From the IMG/VR virus record IMGVR_UViG_3300033068_000713, positions 9,507-73,506 of that record: DNA of 64,000 nt; one strand, given 5' to 3'. This stretch comes from a virus (Duplodnaviria > Caudoviricetes). The translations under genes and the position numbers were made by a program. The notes beneath the pieces were generated by a model. That model did no database searches, was not told where the DNA came from, and worked only from the letters and a program-made list of their open reading frames with translations. Below, piece by piece: positions 1-9,964 of the stretch. Position 1 is the stretch's first letter; each line of letters opens with the position of its first letter.

Positions 1-2632
1 GGTTCTTGAACTCGGGAAGATTGAGAGCCGCTCTAGGATTGGGCGCAAAGAGCAGGTTGGACAGCATCCGCTTCCCGATGTCGGTCGATTTGAAGCGGTT
101 GATCGCTGCGTCTACATGCTCTTGGGTGACAACCTTTGCCGGGATGTTGCGCTGACGGGAGTAGCGGATTGTGTCTTCGGCGTTATCGTCTACACGGTTT
201 TCGGCTTCCAGTGCGTCAATGTCGTCCTGAATCCGCTTGGCGCGTACAGGGTCGGTTGTCGTCGCGTCAAACTTTCGGTCTTCTCGTTCCTTGCGTGCAA
301 TCCTGAGCAGTTCAGCCTTATCCTGGGCGTCTTGTGCAGCCAGTTGTTCAGGTGTGCGCACAGCATTGCTCACCCGTTCAACGAGCTTCTGCTGAATGCT
401 GTTGAGGGTCGTATCGCTGGATTGGTCTGCCTGCCAGCGGATGGCTTCCTGAACCACGTCGTCACTCCACTTGGCTTGAGCTACTGCGGGGAGGGTGGCG
501 ATTTCGGAGCGGAGGCTTGGTTCAAAGGATGGGACGGTACCTTCGGAAGGTACCGTATCAAGTGCCACTTGTTCTGCGGGAGCGATTGCTCCGGCATCGG
601 AAGGCAGTACTTCTTCCACTCGTCCCAATTCGTTGCCGGGAACTGTTTGGTTTCCATCTGTAATTTCTGGTTGAATAGTTTCCTTCTGGAATAAAAAAGG
701 GTTCTGCTCATAAGCATCAATAGCGGCAGCGATGAATGTGTTGGATAAATCATACTTGCTGAGCCTATTTCCGATATATCTAGGATTCTGTTTGTCGAGT
801 TGGTAAGCCAAGTCCTCTATCAACTTACGAACGGGCTCAGGCTTATCAGACATCCACGCCTCATTCTGCTCACGTAGAGGGGATTGATCGAGTCTCGTTT
901 CTGAGTTAAAATCGTAAGCATCTACTGCATCCTGAATGTAGGAAATCTTGCTCTTTTGAGGGGATTGAGGTGGAGTCGGAGAAGTTTCGATTGTTTCCTC
1001 TACCGATTCGTTAATTGTAGAGCTTGGCTCTGTAATTGTAGAGCTGGCGTCACTAATTGTAGAGGTCATCCGATTGCGGATGATTTGCTCCCGCTTTTGA
1101 TCCATTAGGGCGTCTGCGCCGTCGAAGTCTTGCGCATCTACCAAAGCCAGTACTTGCGGATCATCTGCCAGATCGAGGGCTTCGTTTTCAATAGATCGTC
1201 GGATGTCTTCTGGCTGTTCATTAAGCCAGGATTCCGAATCGCGTAGTCCATCAGCCACCAGTTGTCCTCCACTTCCATCAAGTTGCGATTCCTGGTTTCC
1301 TCCCGAATCTTCCTGAACTGCATCGCCTTGTATTGGCTGAATGTCTGTTTCGATTTCTTGTGCATTTCCTTGTGTTTCTACGGGTTGGATTTCATTGACG
1401 AAAGAACGGACTTCTTCTTCCAAAGAAGGTTGCGACACTGCTTGAGATTGAGCATTTTCCCGAAGAAATGCGGCTACGGCAGGACTGTTGGCTTGCTCGT
1501 TGACGGCAGCAACATCTTCCAGTTCTGCTACTGGTTCTGGGATGGATGCGGGAGCCTCGCTTAGAGCGTCGTTAATCCGCTTAGATGCTGGCTTGTTACG
1601 GCGGGATGCGGCTAGAAGTTCAATGCCTCCAGGGATCGTTCCTCCCAAAGTTCCGTAAGCCGTGTCTTCGATGGTGTTGAGCCAGAAGTCTTTGGTTGCA
1701 GGATCAATCGAAGGAATCCTTTCGCCGTTAAGAGCAAATCCTGGATTGTTTGGGTCTTCGTCCGCAAAGAGATTGGAGGCGACATCCTGAAGTCTGCCGG
1801 AAATTCCTTCTTCGCCGCCTTCTGCAAGGGATGTTTTGGCGAACTGGGTCAACCCCCGCTCGGCTGCACCTTCCAGAACCCGTTTACCGAACGCAAGAGA
1901 ACCCAAACCTCCGAGCGATTCTGTGCCAGCCTCTACGGCAGCGTACATGCTCGCCATGGTATCCCGCTTCTTGGGGTCGGTGATGCCGAGACGGTCTGCT
2001 TCTTGGTAGCCTGCGTTGAGGCCGAGGAGAGCGCCTTGGCTTAAAGCTAACCCCCTTGCCAGATTGGCCGCTTGTCCCGCTTTGGCAAAAGCTGCTCCGG
2101 GAACGATAGAGGAAAGAACCTGTCCTCCTGCTTGCCCAATAACTCCAGCCGCTTTGACGGGGATAGACTCTTGAAGCGCGGGATTGACGGGGAGAGCCTC
2201 TTGTACAGCCGAAGTTGCCTGTTTGCCAATGCCTTCCACAAACTTGGAAGGAGCCGACATGGACTCGATGGCGGAATTATCTCGTCCCGTTAGCTCATTG
2301 ACGAGCGTAGCGGTTGCCGTAACAGGGTTGAGGCGTCGATTAAAGAGTTGACCCATTTGGCCTGCGCCTTCAACCGCGCTGGTGAAAGCTCCCGCAAATC
2401 CCCTTGCTCCTGCATTAACGGCAGAACTGGCGAGTCCTTGTCCTGTGTCTTGAGGGGCGAACCGAGAGGCAATGTCCTTATCCAGTTCACTGATTGCCAA
2501 GTTGGCCTCTTGCTCGTTAAGAGCATTGGAGCGGATGGATTGTTCCATATCACTTCTCCAAAGTCCGACCGCTTGGGTCTTTTCTTCGGGAGTGAAATCA
2601 GGTGCGCTTAGGATTTCGTCGAGTTCGCTCAT
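1..2632 (-). CDS. large internal virion/ejection-type protein, partial (runs off window start)
   Basis: Not in ORF track because its stop lies outside the window. ATG at 2632 overlaps the TGA of the upstream gene; my translation (MSELDEILSAPDF...) appears open to base 1; Ala/Gly-rich segments typical of podoviral internal proteins. Confidence 0.75.
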   Translation of the reverse strand, partial: MSELDEILSAPDFTPEEKTQAVGLWRSDMEQSIRSNALNEQEANLAISELDKDIASRFAPQDTGQGLASSAVNAGARGFAGAFTSAVEGAGQMGQLFNRRLNPVTATATLVNELTGRDNSAIESMSAPSKFVEGIGKQATSAVQEALPVNPALQESIPVKAAGVIGQAGGQVLSSIVPGAAFAKAGQAANLARGLALSQGALLGLNAGYQEADRLGITDPKKRDTMASMYAAVEAGTESLGGLGSLAFGKRVLEGAAERGLTQFAKTSLAEGGEEGISGRLQDVASNLFADEDPNNPGFALNGERIPSIDPATKDFWLNTIEDTAYGTLGGTIPGGIELLAASRRNKPASKRINDALSEAPASIPEPVAELEDVAAVNEQANSPAVAAFLRENAQSQAVSQPSLEEEVRSFVNEIQPVETQGNAQEIETDIQPIQGDAVQEDSGGNQESQLDGSGGQLVADGLRDSESWLNEQPEDIRRSIENEALDLADDPQVLALVDAQDFDGADALMDQKREQIIRNRMTSTISDASSTITEPSSTINESVEETIETSPTPPQSPQKSKISYIQDAVDAYDFNSETRLDQSPLREQNEAWMSDKPEPVRKLIEDLAYQLDKQNPRYIGNRLSKYDLSNTFIAAAIDAYEQNPFLFQKETIQPEITDGNQTVPGNELGRVEEVLPSDAGAIAPAEQVALDTVPSEGTVPSFEPSLRSEIATLPAVAQAKWSDDVVQEAIRWQADQSSDTTLNSIQQKLVERVSNAVRTPEQLAAQDAQDKAELLRIARKEREDRKFDATTTDPVRAKRIQDDIDALEAENRVDDNAEDTIRYSRQRNIPAKVVTQEHVDAAINRFKSTDIGKRMLSNLLFAPNPRAALNLPEFKN
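1012..1064. repeat. 3 imperfect 21-bp tandem units sharing TAATTGTAGAG, in frame in the large virion gene
   Basis: Core 11-mer starts at 1012, 1033 and 1054; encodes STISDAS-STITEPS-STINES on minus. Confidence 0.85.
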
Positions 2633-3744
2633 TCACGCGGGCTAAAGTAGTCTTTAACCGCTCGAACAGGAACGGCAACAGTTTCTTGGATGTCACCGAT
2701 GACTCGCTTAGCCTCGGAGAGAGGGGCTTCAATAGCCTCGTTGATCATGGCCCCAGGATAAGCCAACCCAACAATGGCCGCATCCTTGACGGTCTTCAGG
2801 TCTTCTTGAAATGGGCTTGGGCCAGGAAGTCTTCCAAACCCTCTCGGAATATTTCCGGTAACGTCAGTCAGAGTTTCGGTTCCCGTGGCTACTGGATTTT
2901 GACCAATCGCGCCAGAAGGAAGGGAAGTCTTGCCGCGTACGGCGTCGAGGTATTTGTTTCCGGTGGATACGGGTCCGCTTTGTATCGCTTGATCAGTCGT
3001 GGCGGTTCCTGCTGGGGTTGCCATCGTAGTATCCTTGAATCCTGCTGCGTTGTAGCCAGCCCGTTCGTAGCCGTCCACAAGACTCTGGAAGATGGCTTGT
3101 TTTGGACCGCGCACAATCATGTCGGACTCAGACCACTCCTGTTCGGTTTTGGGCTCTCTTCCGTACTTGGTTTGGAAGGCGGTAATCTTTTCCTCGTCGG
3201 TCGGATTGCGAGTTGCCTCGAAACGGGCATTTGCCAGTTCGGATGCGGCCTTTTCACTAAGCATGGTTTTTCCGATAGCCTTCTCCCCGCGATCCGCTTT
3301 CCCGATCAAGTAGCTGGCCTTGATTTCGTTGATTGATCCGTCTGGCTCCATGAGAGAACCGATGGTGTCAGGGTCAATGCCTTTCAAGGCAAGCTGGGAG
3401 GCAAGACTTGTGTTCTTGTCCTTCCACTGCTTCTGGAGAGCGTAGCGGGAAGCTAGGGATCGGACGGCATTCTGGAGCTTGGGGGAGTTCTGGTAGAGAT
3501 TTGGGTCTTCGATGGAGGACAGATAATCCTGAACGTCTACTTGGTAGGTAGGGCTGTCAGGATCAAGAGCAGAAAGACCTTGGACAATCCCGTCCTCGTA
3601 AGCATTCTGAGCCTGACGGTAAATGTCTACCTGCGGGTTTGCGTAGCTGCGATCCATCCAGGAAGTGTCGGGGACATTTCCGAGGAAGTTGCTGAGCCTT
3701 GGGTCTTGGCGTTGGCCGATGATTCTGTTGCGGAGGTCGGGCAT
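2629..3744 (-). CDS. putative internal virion protein
   Basis: 371-aa ORF with overlapping start/stop to neighbours in the virion operon. Confidence 0.7.
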   Translation of the reverse strand: MPDLRNRIIGQRQDPRLSNFLGNVPDTSWMDRSYANPQVDIYRQAQNAYEDGIVQGLSALDPDSPTYQVDVQDYLSSIEDPNLYQNSPKLQNAVRSLASRYALQKQWKDKNTSLASQLALKGIDPDTIGSLMEPDGSINEIKASYLIGKADRGEKAIGKTMLSEKAASELANARFEATRNPTDEEKITAFQTKYGREPKTEQEWSESDMIVRGPKQAIFQSLVDGYERAGYNAAGFKDTTMATPAGTATTDQAIQSGPVSTGNKYLDAVRGKTSLPSGAIGQNPVATGTETLTDVTGNIPRGFGRLPGPSPFQEDLKTVKDAAIVGLAYPGAMINEAIEAPLSEAKRVIGDIQETVAVPVRAVKDYFSPRE

Positions 3745-4685
3745 TACCGGATGTGCTGTAGGTAGGATGGATAACCTCCGGGGCCGGAGATGACGATGGA
3801 GGGAATTTGCTTTCCGCGAGAGTTACGATGGGCTTCATTCAGGAGTTGGAAACACTGATCCCACATCTGGTTCGCCTCTTGAGCATTCGAGGAGTTCTGG
3901 GACTGAATAGCCTTCATCCCATACTGAAGCGCATTGATGTCGTCAGGGATGACAAAATCTGTTGGATTGACGATTGGGTTGTAGCGAAGTCGTCCAAGAG
4001 CGCCGATTGCCTTACTAGTGTCGTAGGTTCCTGTCAGATACCGCTTGTACCTTGGTCGGGTTTCGTAAGGCTGGTAAACTTGCAACAAAGTTGCTGTAGT
4101 GCCATCCCAAGAGTAAACCGAAACCGTTCCTTTGGTGACGGGTTTTTGGAACCCCGTGAAAGTGTCGAGCGTTGAAGCCGTGTCGGTTGTTGTCGAGCTG
4201 AGGGTAAGCGGCAGACCTTCTGCGCCCGTAGCAGGATCGAAGATGGCTTGGCCGGAAACGGTTCCAAAGAATCGGATTTCCTTGTCTACATCTGCGGCGT
4301 TGGAAAGCACGAAGCGGAGTTTCTGTCCTGAGGTGTGATTGACCGAAGTCACCCACTCGTCTCCGGCATCCACGAGCATTCCGCATCCGGGAACTGTAGA
4401 GCGAAGGGTTCCGGGGCCAAACTCCACGTACGGCAAATCCCGAGAAAAGACGATTGCGGGAATCCGGTCGGTTGTGACCGCTGTAATGCTGGCAATGTGA
4501 GCGGGGAGAGTGATGTATCCGGTCGATCCGTTAAACGCCACTTCCACCACGCAACCATTCCAAGATCCCGACTTAATGATGCGCTCCCGAGCCATGTTCA
4601 GGTCTCGACGCATCTCTTCCTCGTTGTCGCTGTACATCCAGCCCAACTGATCGAGAATGTCTTGGAATGTGGTTTGGGAGAACAT
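3744..4685 (-). CDS. putative head-tail adaptor / tail tubular-like virion protein
   Basis: 313-aa ORF; helical N- and C-termini flanking a beta-rich core; operon context. Confidence 0.55.
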   Translation of the reverse strand: MFSQTTFQDILDQLGWMYSDNEEEMRRDLNMARERIIKSGSWNGCVVEVAFNGSTGYITLPAHIASITAVTTDRIPAIVFSRDLPYVEFGPGTLRSTVPGCGMLVDAGDEWVTSVNHTSGQKLRFVLSNAADVDKEIRFFGTVSGQAIFDPATGAEGLPLTLSSTTTDTASTLDTFTGFQKPVTKGTVSVYSWDGTTATLLQVYQPYETRPRYKRYLTGTYDTSKAIGALGRLRYNPIVNPTDFVIPDDINALQYGMKAIQSQNSSNAQEANQMWDQCFQLLNEAHRNSRGKQIPSIVISGPGGYPSYLQHIR

Positions 4686-5983
4686 TAGGCTTTCTTCTTG
4701 AGGCGGGACATGGGATTAGGAAGTCCTTTCACGCGCTCTTGGGTGTCGGCTTGAATAACGGTCATTTGCTCGCTTCCTTTCGGAACTCGGATAGGGTACA
4801 TTTCTCCAACAGGAAGACCCGCTCGATTGGTTACCCCGAACATGCCAGGGAGTCCGTCCTCGGGAGTTGCAGTTGCCGTCCCGTATTTGCTATCTATGCG
4901 AGATCCTCCCGTGTTGGTGTAGGCCGACATGGGAGTAGCGTTCATTCTATTCGTCGCCGCCTGATTCTCGTACACCTGAGCTACGGCTGCACGACCTGCT
5001 TGCTCCCTCGCAAAGCGATTCGCGGCCTGCTGGCGTGTAGTGTCCACAAAGGACTCAAGCCCTTGTCGGTTGCGGGGTGCCCACGGATAACGGCGATAGA
5101 TTTCGTCCACTCCGATCTCGACCGGACCCGATGCGGGAGCGAGCGGCATGTCTCGTTGCGAACCGATGCCTCGTGGCGCTCCGATGGGTTGACGGCCAAA
5201 GAGCCCGCTTTGAAAGAATTGGGATGGGTTGCGGCGAACAACGGGAGAAATGTAGGCGGCTTCTTCTTCGACATCTTCATACCCGTAATCGCCACCGTAT
5301 CCTTGGACGGGTCCACCACTACGGCGAAATTGGGGTTTGAGCATTTCCATGGTCTTCTTGTGCGGCATGATTTTGCCGTTTACTTCGGGGATGAAAAGCT
5401 CTGGGCCTTCCTCTCCTACGATGTACGGCTGAATCTTGTCCACAGGTCCACCTTTGGCCTTAAAGAGGTCTTGAGGGAAAAGAGGATTTTGGTCTGGGTT
5501 GAGAGCCGGGAAAAGATTGGGTGGATTCAGGGGATTGATTCCGGAAATTCCTAGAGCGGGAGGTGCTCCAATCGGGGCCGCAAAAGGATTGGGGATCGGA
5601 GTGGGAATGCGCCCCATGTTTTGACCGTACTTGCTCTCTGGGATAAAAGTCCCGGCAGGTTGAGCGCCGCCTTGATATTGTACAGGCCCACGGCGAGGAG
5701 CCATGTAGGTACCGCTACCACGACCTCCGTAGCCACCACCGGAAGATTGCCCCATGCTGCCGCCTGTAGCTGAGCTGGTGTTCTGTGCGCCTCCGACTGG
5801 CATTCGACCATTTGGATTAGGCTTACGGCCCATGGTGAGACCGACTTCGTATCCAGGGAGGAATGCTGGTGGCTTTTGCTGCATTCCTGGAGTGAATCCG
5901 GGACGAGGCACGCTGCCTAGCCATGTTGGTCCTTGGCGAGGCGGCCCACTTGGCCTATATGGTTGCGCTGGCATTTCGCGCAT
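4685..5983 (-). CDS. Pro/Gly-rich virion protein with tape-measure-type GGPV..YIVGEEGPELF motif
   Basis: 432-aa ORF containing KAKGGPVDKIQPYIVGEEGPELFIP. Confidence 0.65.
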   Translation of the reverse strand: MREMPAQPYRPSGPPRQGPTWLGSVPRPGFTPGMQQKPPAFLPGYEVGLTMGRKPNPNGRMPVGGAQNTSSATGGSMGQSSGGGYGGRGSGTYMAPRRGPVQYQGGAQPAGTFIPESKYGQNMGRIPTPIPNPFAAPIGAPPALGISGINPLNPPNLFPALNPDQNPLFPQDLFKAKGGPVDKIQPYIVGEEGPELFIPEVNGKIMPHKKTMEMLKPQFRRSGGPVQGYGGDYGYEDVEEEAAYISPVVRRNPSQFFQSGLFGRQPIGAPRGIGSQRDMPLAPASGPVEIGVDEIYRRYPWAPRNRQGLESFVDTTRQQAANRFAREQAGRAAVAQVYENQAATNRMNATPMSAYTNTGGSRIDSKYGTATATPEDGLPGMFGVTNRAGLPVGEMYPIRVPKGSEQMTVIQADTQERVKGLPNPMSRLKKKA

Positions 5984-6196
5984 GATAGCAATGTCTACTT
6001 AAAAATCCACAAAATTTAGAAAAGAGTTCGCCAGGAACCCGTTATAGCGGTCCTCGGAGTTGGCGTGACTCTCGGGAAAGTAGGGGGACAAGAAAAACCC
6101 TTACCGCTGACGGACACGGTGTACTCGTCCGGGCATTACTGCCGAATTCATTTTGAGCGGTGCAACCTAAATGTCAAAGCCATTCGATTAATAGGC

Positions 6197-6406
6197 ATGA
6201 TTACTTTTGCGGCACTTTCTCTTTCGTCTGGCGGATTGCTTAATATCCTTCTCGCCTTGCTCGTTCTCGCGCTCGTTATTTGGCTTTGCATCTGGCTAAT
6301 TGACATGCTTCCGCTTCCCAATGTTCCCAAGACGATTGCCAAGGTGATTGTTGCGATTATCGCATTGCTGGTGATTTTCCAGCAGTTGGGAGTCGTCACG
6401 CTTTAG
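6197..6406 (+). CDS. small two-TM membrane protein
   Basis: 69 aa from ATG 6197; two long hydrophobic segments around LPLPN. Confidence 0.7.
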   Translation: MITFAALSLSSGGLLNILLALLVLALVIWLCIWLIDMLPLPNVPKTIAKVIVAIIALLVIFQQLGVVTL

Positions 6407-6669
6407 ACCGAGAACAACTTGTGATACTCCTGCTCGGTGGTGCTGACGGCCCATTCTCCAGGTTTATCGACAACAGTGAACAGGAATCCTCCAATTCGGC
6501 ATTCGTTCTGCTTTGTGACCTGATCGTAGTTTGGATCGCAGACGAGGAATTGGCTGATTTCCTCTTCGATCTTCTCACGCATGGAGCGGGACATGGCGCT
6601 CACTACCAGTCCTCCAAGAGCTTTGGCGCGGTGAGCTTGCTCGGTTAGGGCGAGGATGAGGGATGTCAT
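6403..6669 (-). CDS. hypothetical protein
   Basis: ORF track frame, start refined to ATG 6669. Confidence 0.6.
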   Translation of the reverse strand: MTSLILALTEQAHRAKALGGLVVSAMSRSMREKIEEEISQFLVCDPNYDQVTKQNECRIGGFLFTVVDKPGEWAVSTTEQEYHKLFSV

Positions 6670-6733
6670 CGCATTAGGAAATAGATGGTCATACCTCCAA
6701 AGAAGTACCCAAGCCAAAATATCGTGTTCTTAC

Positions 6734-6928
6734 TCATGCCGTCTGATCGCACTCCTTACAGGTTGACCGTTTTTTATCTCCCATAAAGTGGCTTCCGCAC
6801 AAGCAGCACTGGTTCCAGTAGTTGCAGGGGTCTTGCCAGTCTTTGGGGTTGGTGACTTTCTCCGGGGATTTGAGAAATTCCGTTAAGCTGAAGGGCTTTG
6901 GGAAGATGGGTTGGTCTTGTGTATTCAT
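6734..6928 (-). CDS. small Cys-rich (CxxC...CxxC) protein
   Basis: CCLC...CKEC; start refined to ATG 6928 overlapping upstream stop. Confidence 0.6.
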   Translation of the reverse strand: MNTQDQPIFPKPFSLTEFLKSPEKVTNPKDWQDPCNYWNQCCLCGSHFMGDKKRSTCKECDQTA

Positions 6929-7122
6929 TTTGACCAAACTTCCTTTCTCGTTTCGGTGTCGTAAACTTGACCCCACTGAATCGACCAGTCATCACCCTTG
7001 GTGACAGCATAAAGCTCCAAGGCGGCTATGGCATCCTCTCGTCCATCATGATCGCTAACAAAATCCCTCATTCCTTTCGAGGGATAGTATTTGTCTCCGT
7101 AAAAAGCTAAGAATCGTTTCAT
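6925..7122 (-). CDS. hypothetical phage protein
   Basis: 65-aa ORF MKRFLAFYGDKYYP, coupled to neighbours. Confidence 0.7.
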   Translation of the reverse strand: MKRFLAFYGDKYYPSKGMRDFVSDHDGREDAIAALELYAVTKGDDWSIQWGQVYDTETRKEVWSK

Positions 7123-7131
7123 ATTTTTGAT

Positions 7132-7445
7132 CTATAACAATTTCAATTCCGTTACTGTTCCGTCTTTCTTTTTGAGTTGGAGAACGTCGCCGTTGCGGAT
7201 GGCTTGGGTGACGAGTTCGTAGAGGGAAGATTTTGATTCTGTTTCGACTTCCAGTCCGATTCCGCCATTAGCTTTCCGTGACAACACGATTTGGCTTTGA
7301 TTCGTTTTGATGTTTTGGATTTGCTGTTTATCACCAGAAGGCTCCATTCTCGGGTTTTATTATCGAAAGTCACATCCCATCGAAGGTGGCCGGATTTAGC
7401 AGTATGCTGAGAAAAGCCGTTAAACTCTTTCCAGATCAGGCTCAT
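7132..7445 (-). CDS. hypothetical protein(s); two overlapping frames 7152-7445 and 7132-7347
   Basis: ATG 7445 coupled to upstream TGA; the true coding frame of the 3' part is uncertain. Confidence 0.45.
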
Positions 7446-7606
7446 CTCCCTTTTCCTTTCAGAAACGCGGCATCGACGACTTTGCCGAGGGTGTTAAGTT
7501 CTTTGATTTTAGGGTCTACCTCGGAGTTGATGATCCGCTCGGTGGAGGGAAGAACTCGGAGGGTGAGTTTGACGCGCTTGGGTTCTGTGGGTCTTCCGCG
7601 TTTCAT
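7442..7606 (-). CDS. small DNA-binding protein, ribbon-helix-helix-like
   Basis: My translation MKRGRPTEPKRVKLTLRVLPSTERII (54 aa, below track cutoff). Confidence 0.55.
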   Translation of the reverse strand: MKRGRPTEPKRVKLTLRVLPSTERIINSEVDPKIKELNTLGKVVDAAFLKGKGR

Positions 7607-7815
7607 GATTTTTCTTTTTCTAGGAAAACGTCTGCCTTTATAGGCTCGTCATCAAAACTAAATCCAAGAATATGCTCAACTCTTGAGACTCGATGCGTCC
7701 AATACTGAACACAGATGTGCTCGCCAATTCTCGGGATACATGCATGAGGACCTCGATAAATTGGTTTTTCTCTGTCTTCGCCTTCCAAAAAGACCCTGAT
7801 AATAGGATGGCTCAT
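7603..7815 (-). CDS. hypothetical protein
   Basis: 70-aa coupled ORF. Confidence 0.65.
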   Translation of the reverse strand: MSHPIIRVFLEGEDREKPIYRGPHACIPRIGEHICVQYWTHRVSRVEHILGFSFDDEPIKADVFLEKEKS

Positions 7816-8216
7816 AGGGATTTCTGAGACGAGGCTTTTCCAATTCCGACAGAGCTGTCGGTTCCAGTGCAGTCTAGGGAATGGGTTGGTCGGAAACGGC
7901 GATCAGCCTCTTTAAGCAGGAGGGCCGCTTTTTCTGGAATACCCTGCACTGCCTTGACGAAGTGCTGAAGTTCCTCGGCGCAAGCGGACACCTTATTGGC
8001 TTGAGGAGGTTCTGGCTTTTCAATGGGCCCCATCCAGACGCCTCCCATATCGGAACATAGGGTATCCATTTTCATGGTTCCGCCGTCCATGGCGCAAAGA
8101 CCACAAGGCTTCGTCTCACGATTATAAACAGTCTCAGACCACACATGCATACCATCAGAGTACCACCAAAGCCCCGGACCAGTGGGTTGTTGAAGCCATT
8201 TCCTTTTTTTGTTCAT
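7812..8216 (-). CDS. hypothetical protein
   Basis: 134-aa ORF with W..QPTGPGLWWY motif, directly behind a consensus promoter. Confidence 0.7.
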   Translation of the reverse strand: MNKKRKWLQQPTGPGLWWYSDGMHVWSETVYNRETKPCGLCAMDGGTMKMDTLCSDMGGVWMGPIEKPEPPQANKVSACAEELQHFVKAVQGIPEKAALLLKEADRRFRPTHSLDCTGTDSSVGIGKASSQKSL

Positions 8217-8222
8217 GCCAGC

Positions 8223-8250
8223 ATTATATCTGTTTCTTTTATGCCGTCAA
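8223..8250 (-). promoter_or_regulatory. sigma70-type promoter, leaderless
   Basis: TTGACG-N16-TATAAT-N6-ATG(8216). Confidence 0.8.
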
Positions 8251-8392
8251 CAATAAAGTATCAGGGCGATTTGGAATTCCGGTTTACCTAGGGAGCAAGT
8301 TGTCTGGAAATCCCGGATAACTGCCGAAAACGGTGCTGTACGTAGGTATAATATTTGTGCCAGCAGTTAAAATACATGGTAGATTAGCTGGC

Positions 8393-8581
8393 ATGAAGCG
8401 ATCCAAAATCCCCAATCGGGTCAAAAACGGCAAGCTCAGTCCCGCTGATTTCAGTGCCGTGTGCTTTGAGGTGAACGGGTATGATCTGTATCCGAACTGG
8501 CCGGAACTGCATCTAACCGAGTTTCAGCGTTACCAGATCAAAGCAGAGTTGTCTGTGAGGCGAGATGCTTCCAATACGTAG
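8393..8581 (+). CDS. hypothetical protein
   Basis: 62 aa from ATG 8393. Confidence 0.5.
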   Translation: MKRSKIPNRVKNGKLSPADFSAVCFEVNGYDLYPNWPELHLTEFQRYQIKAELSVRRDASNT

Positions 8582-8653
8582 GAATGTAGAGAAATTAGGT
8601 TTCCAAGGCAGGAAGGGGCGTTTCCGTGCGAAGGAGTGGGAATTCTGATGGGT

Positions 8654-8872
8654 TTAGTCCCGAATCCACGCCAAAACAGATATTCCTCCTGCCTTCGTAA
8701 CCCGAACACAGATACAGGTAGGGCACAGAAGCCCGTCGTCAGGAGCGATCTTCTTCCACTGCTGGTCTGGTAATACAAGGTCACACCCAAAGTCACGGTA
8801 AGGGAGGCGGCAGTCGATGCAGGCAGGCATTGAGCGCGAAGCGCATTGTATTGGTTCTTTTGGATCGGCCAT
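8654..8872 (-). CDS. Cys-rich hypothetical protein
   Basis: CIDC...LCPTCIC motifs; start refined to MADPKE. Confidence 0.55.
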   Translation of the reverse strand: MADPKEPIQCASRSMPACIDCRLPYRDFGCDLVLPDQQWKKIAPDDGLLCPTCICVRVTKAGGISVLAWIRD

Positions 8873-8948
8873 TTCCAACCGTAGCCCCACATTCCACAGT
8901 TGTAAACAAAAGGTATTTTGGGATTTTGGAGAAAATCGTGAGGGAGAT

Positions 8949-9230
8949 TCACTTTCTCTTAGACCACTCCCTAGGGTCGATCTTGTAGTATCGACGGATA
9001 CGGAACTCTCCTCTCAACTGAGCCATGAACATGCTAAAGAATTGGATACGAGCGTGGTAGTCCTTGGGTGTTTTAGCCCACACGCATGATCCGTCTGATC
9101 TCTTGAACCGCATAAACTCGTTGGGAGGCCAGAAATACCAACGCTTACCTGAGTATTCAAAAGTCTTGTGGCGGGTAGCTGGATTCTGTCTTTGGAGTGA
9201 TCTCATTTCAAATAGTCGGCTATGGTTCAC
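8949..9230 (-). CDS. hypothetical protein
   Basis: 93-aa ORF, aromatic/basic. Confidence 0.55.
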   Translation of the reverse strand: MNHSRLFEMRSLQRQNPATRHKTFEYSGKRWYFWPPNEFMRFKRSDGSCVWAKTPKDYHARIQFFSMFMAQLRGEFRIRRYYKIDPREWSKRK

Positions 9231-9930
9231 AACATGACAACTAAAATGAGTTTTGGGTTTTTACATAAAATCGAGAAGGGGGCTATGTACTAGTAATCCG
9301 CGCACAACTGGGACATGCCAGGTGACGGGTGTGGTCCATCAAGCCGGAAACAATCCATAACTTGATACTATACACCTTATATAAAGTAGCCGAGTTGACA
9401 GATGTGCATGATGCTCAGAACGTTATGACTTCTACCTGCTTTTGACTGGTGTAATTGTGTCGGATCATGCTTCCAGTCTCAATATCGCCCCATGTTCCAC
9501 AGACCTGGATCAGGCCGGAAGGCGCTCAGAATCGGCTGGAGCATGGCGACCTGGAGCCTAGGCTGGGATTTTGGCGGAATTTTGGCAACTAGGTCGAGAA
9601 GGGAGGGGCAAACCAGCCAATTCCCTAGACATCGCGCTATCTAGCGTCTCGAAAACATTCCCGATGCAACACAGATACTTCGAGCTTTCGCTCTCGTTAG
9701 GACGGGCTATCGCCCTTGCGCTCCGCGCGGACAAGCTCTCTCTCCTATCTCTACGCTCTCTTATGTGTTGAGGCTTCCTCTCTCTTGTAACGCCGGGAAA
9801 CTGCACGCTCTCTGACCAGGACTCGCCCCGCTCGCATTGCCTCTCTATATACTGTCGCGCTCCGCTCCCTTGCTAACTCCTGATCTCTGGACGAATCCCG
9901 CTAATCCGCTTCCAAAACTCCATTCTGCAC

Positions 9931-9958
9931 TTGACTATATGTAAAGATGCTTTATCTA
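9931..9958 (+). promoter_or_regulatory. sigma70-type early promoter, leaderless, with palindromic operator
   Basis: TTGACT 34 nt upstream of ATG 9965; TAAAG-ATG-CTTTA at 9942-9954. Confidence 0.7.
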
Positions 9959-9964
9959 TTACAC

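Noticed and set aside
481-483. Possible TAG read-through or alternative genetic code
   Set aside because: That stop is in a shadow frame; long real genes are uninterrupted under the standard code and TAG ends many genes
116-694. 192-aa plus-strand ORF (also 2602-3336, 4667-5554 and similar)
   Set aside because: Antisense shadows of the long minus-strand virion genes; no recognisable motifs
1012-1064. Short spaced repeats as a mini-CRISPR
   Set aside because: 21-bp period, in frame within a CDS; no CRISPR-like repeat-spacer array or cas gene seen in the window
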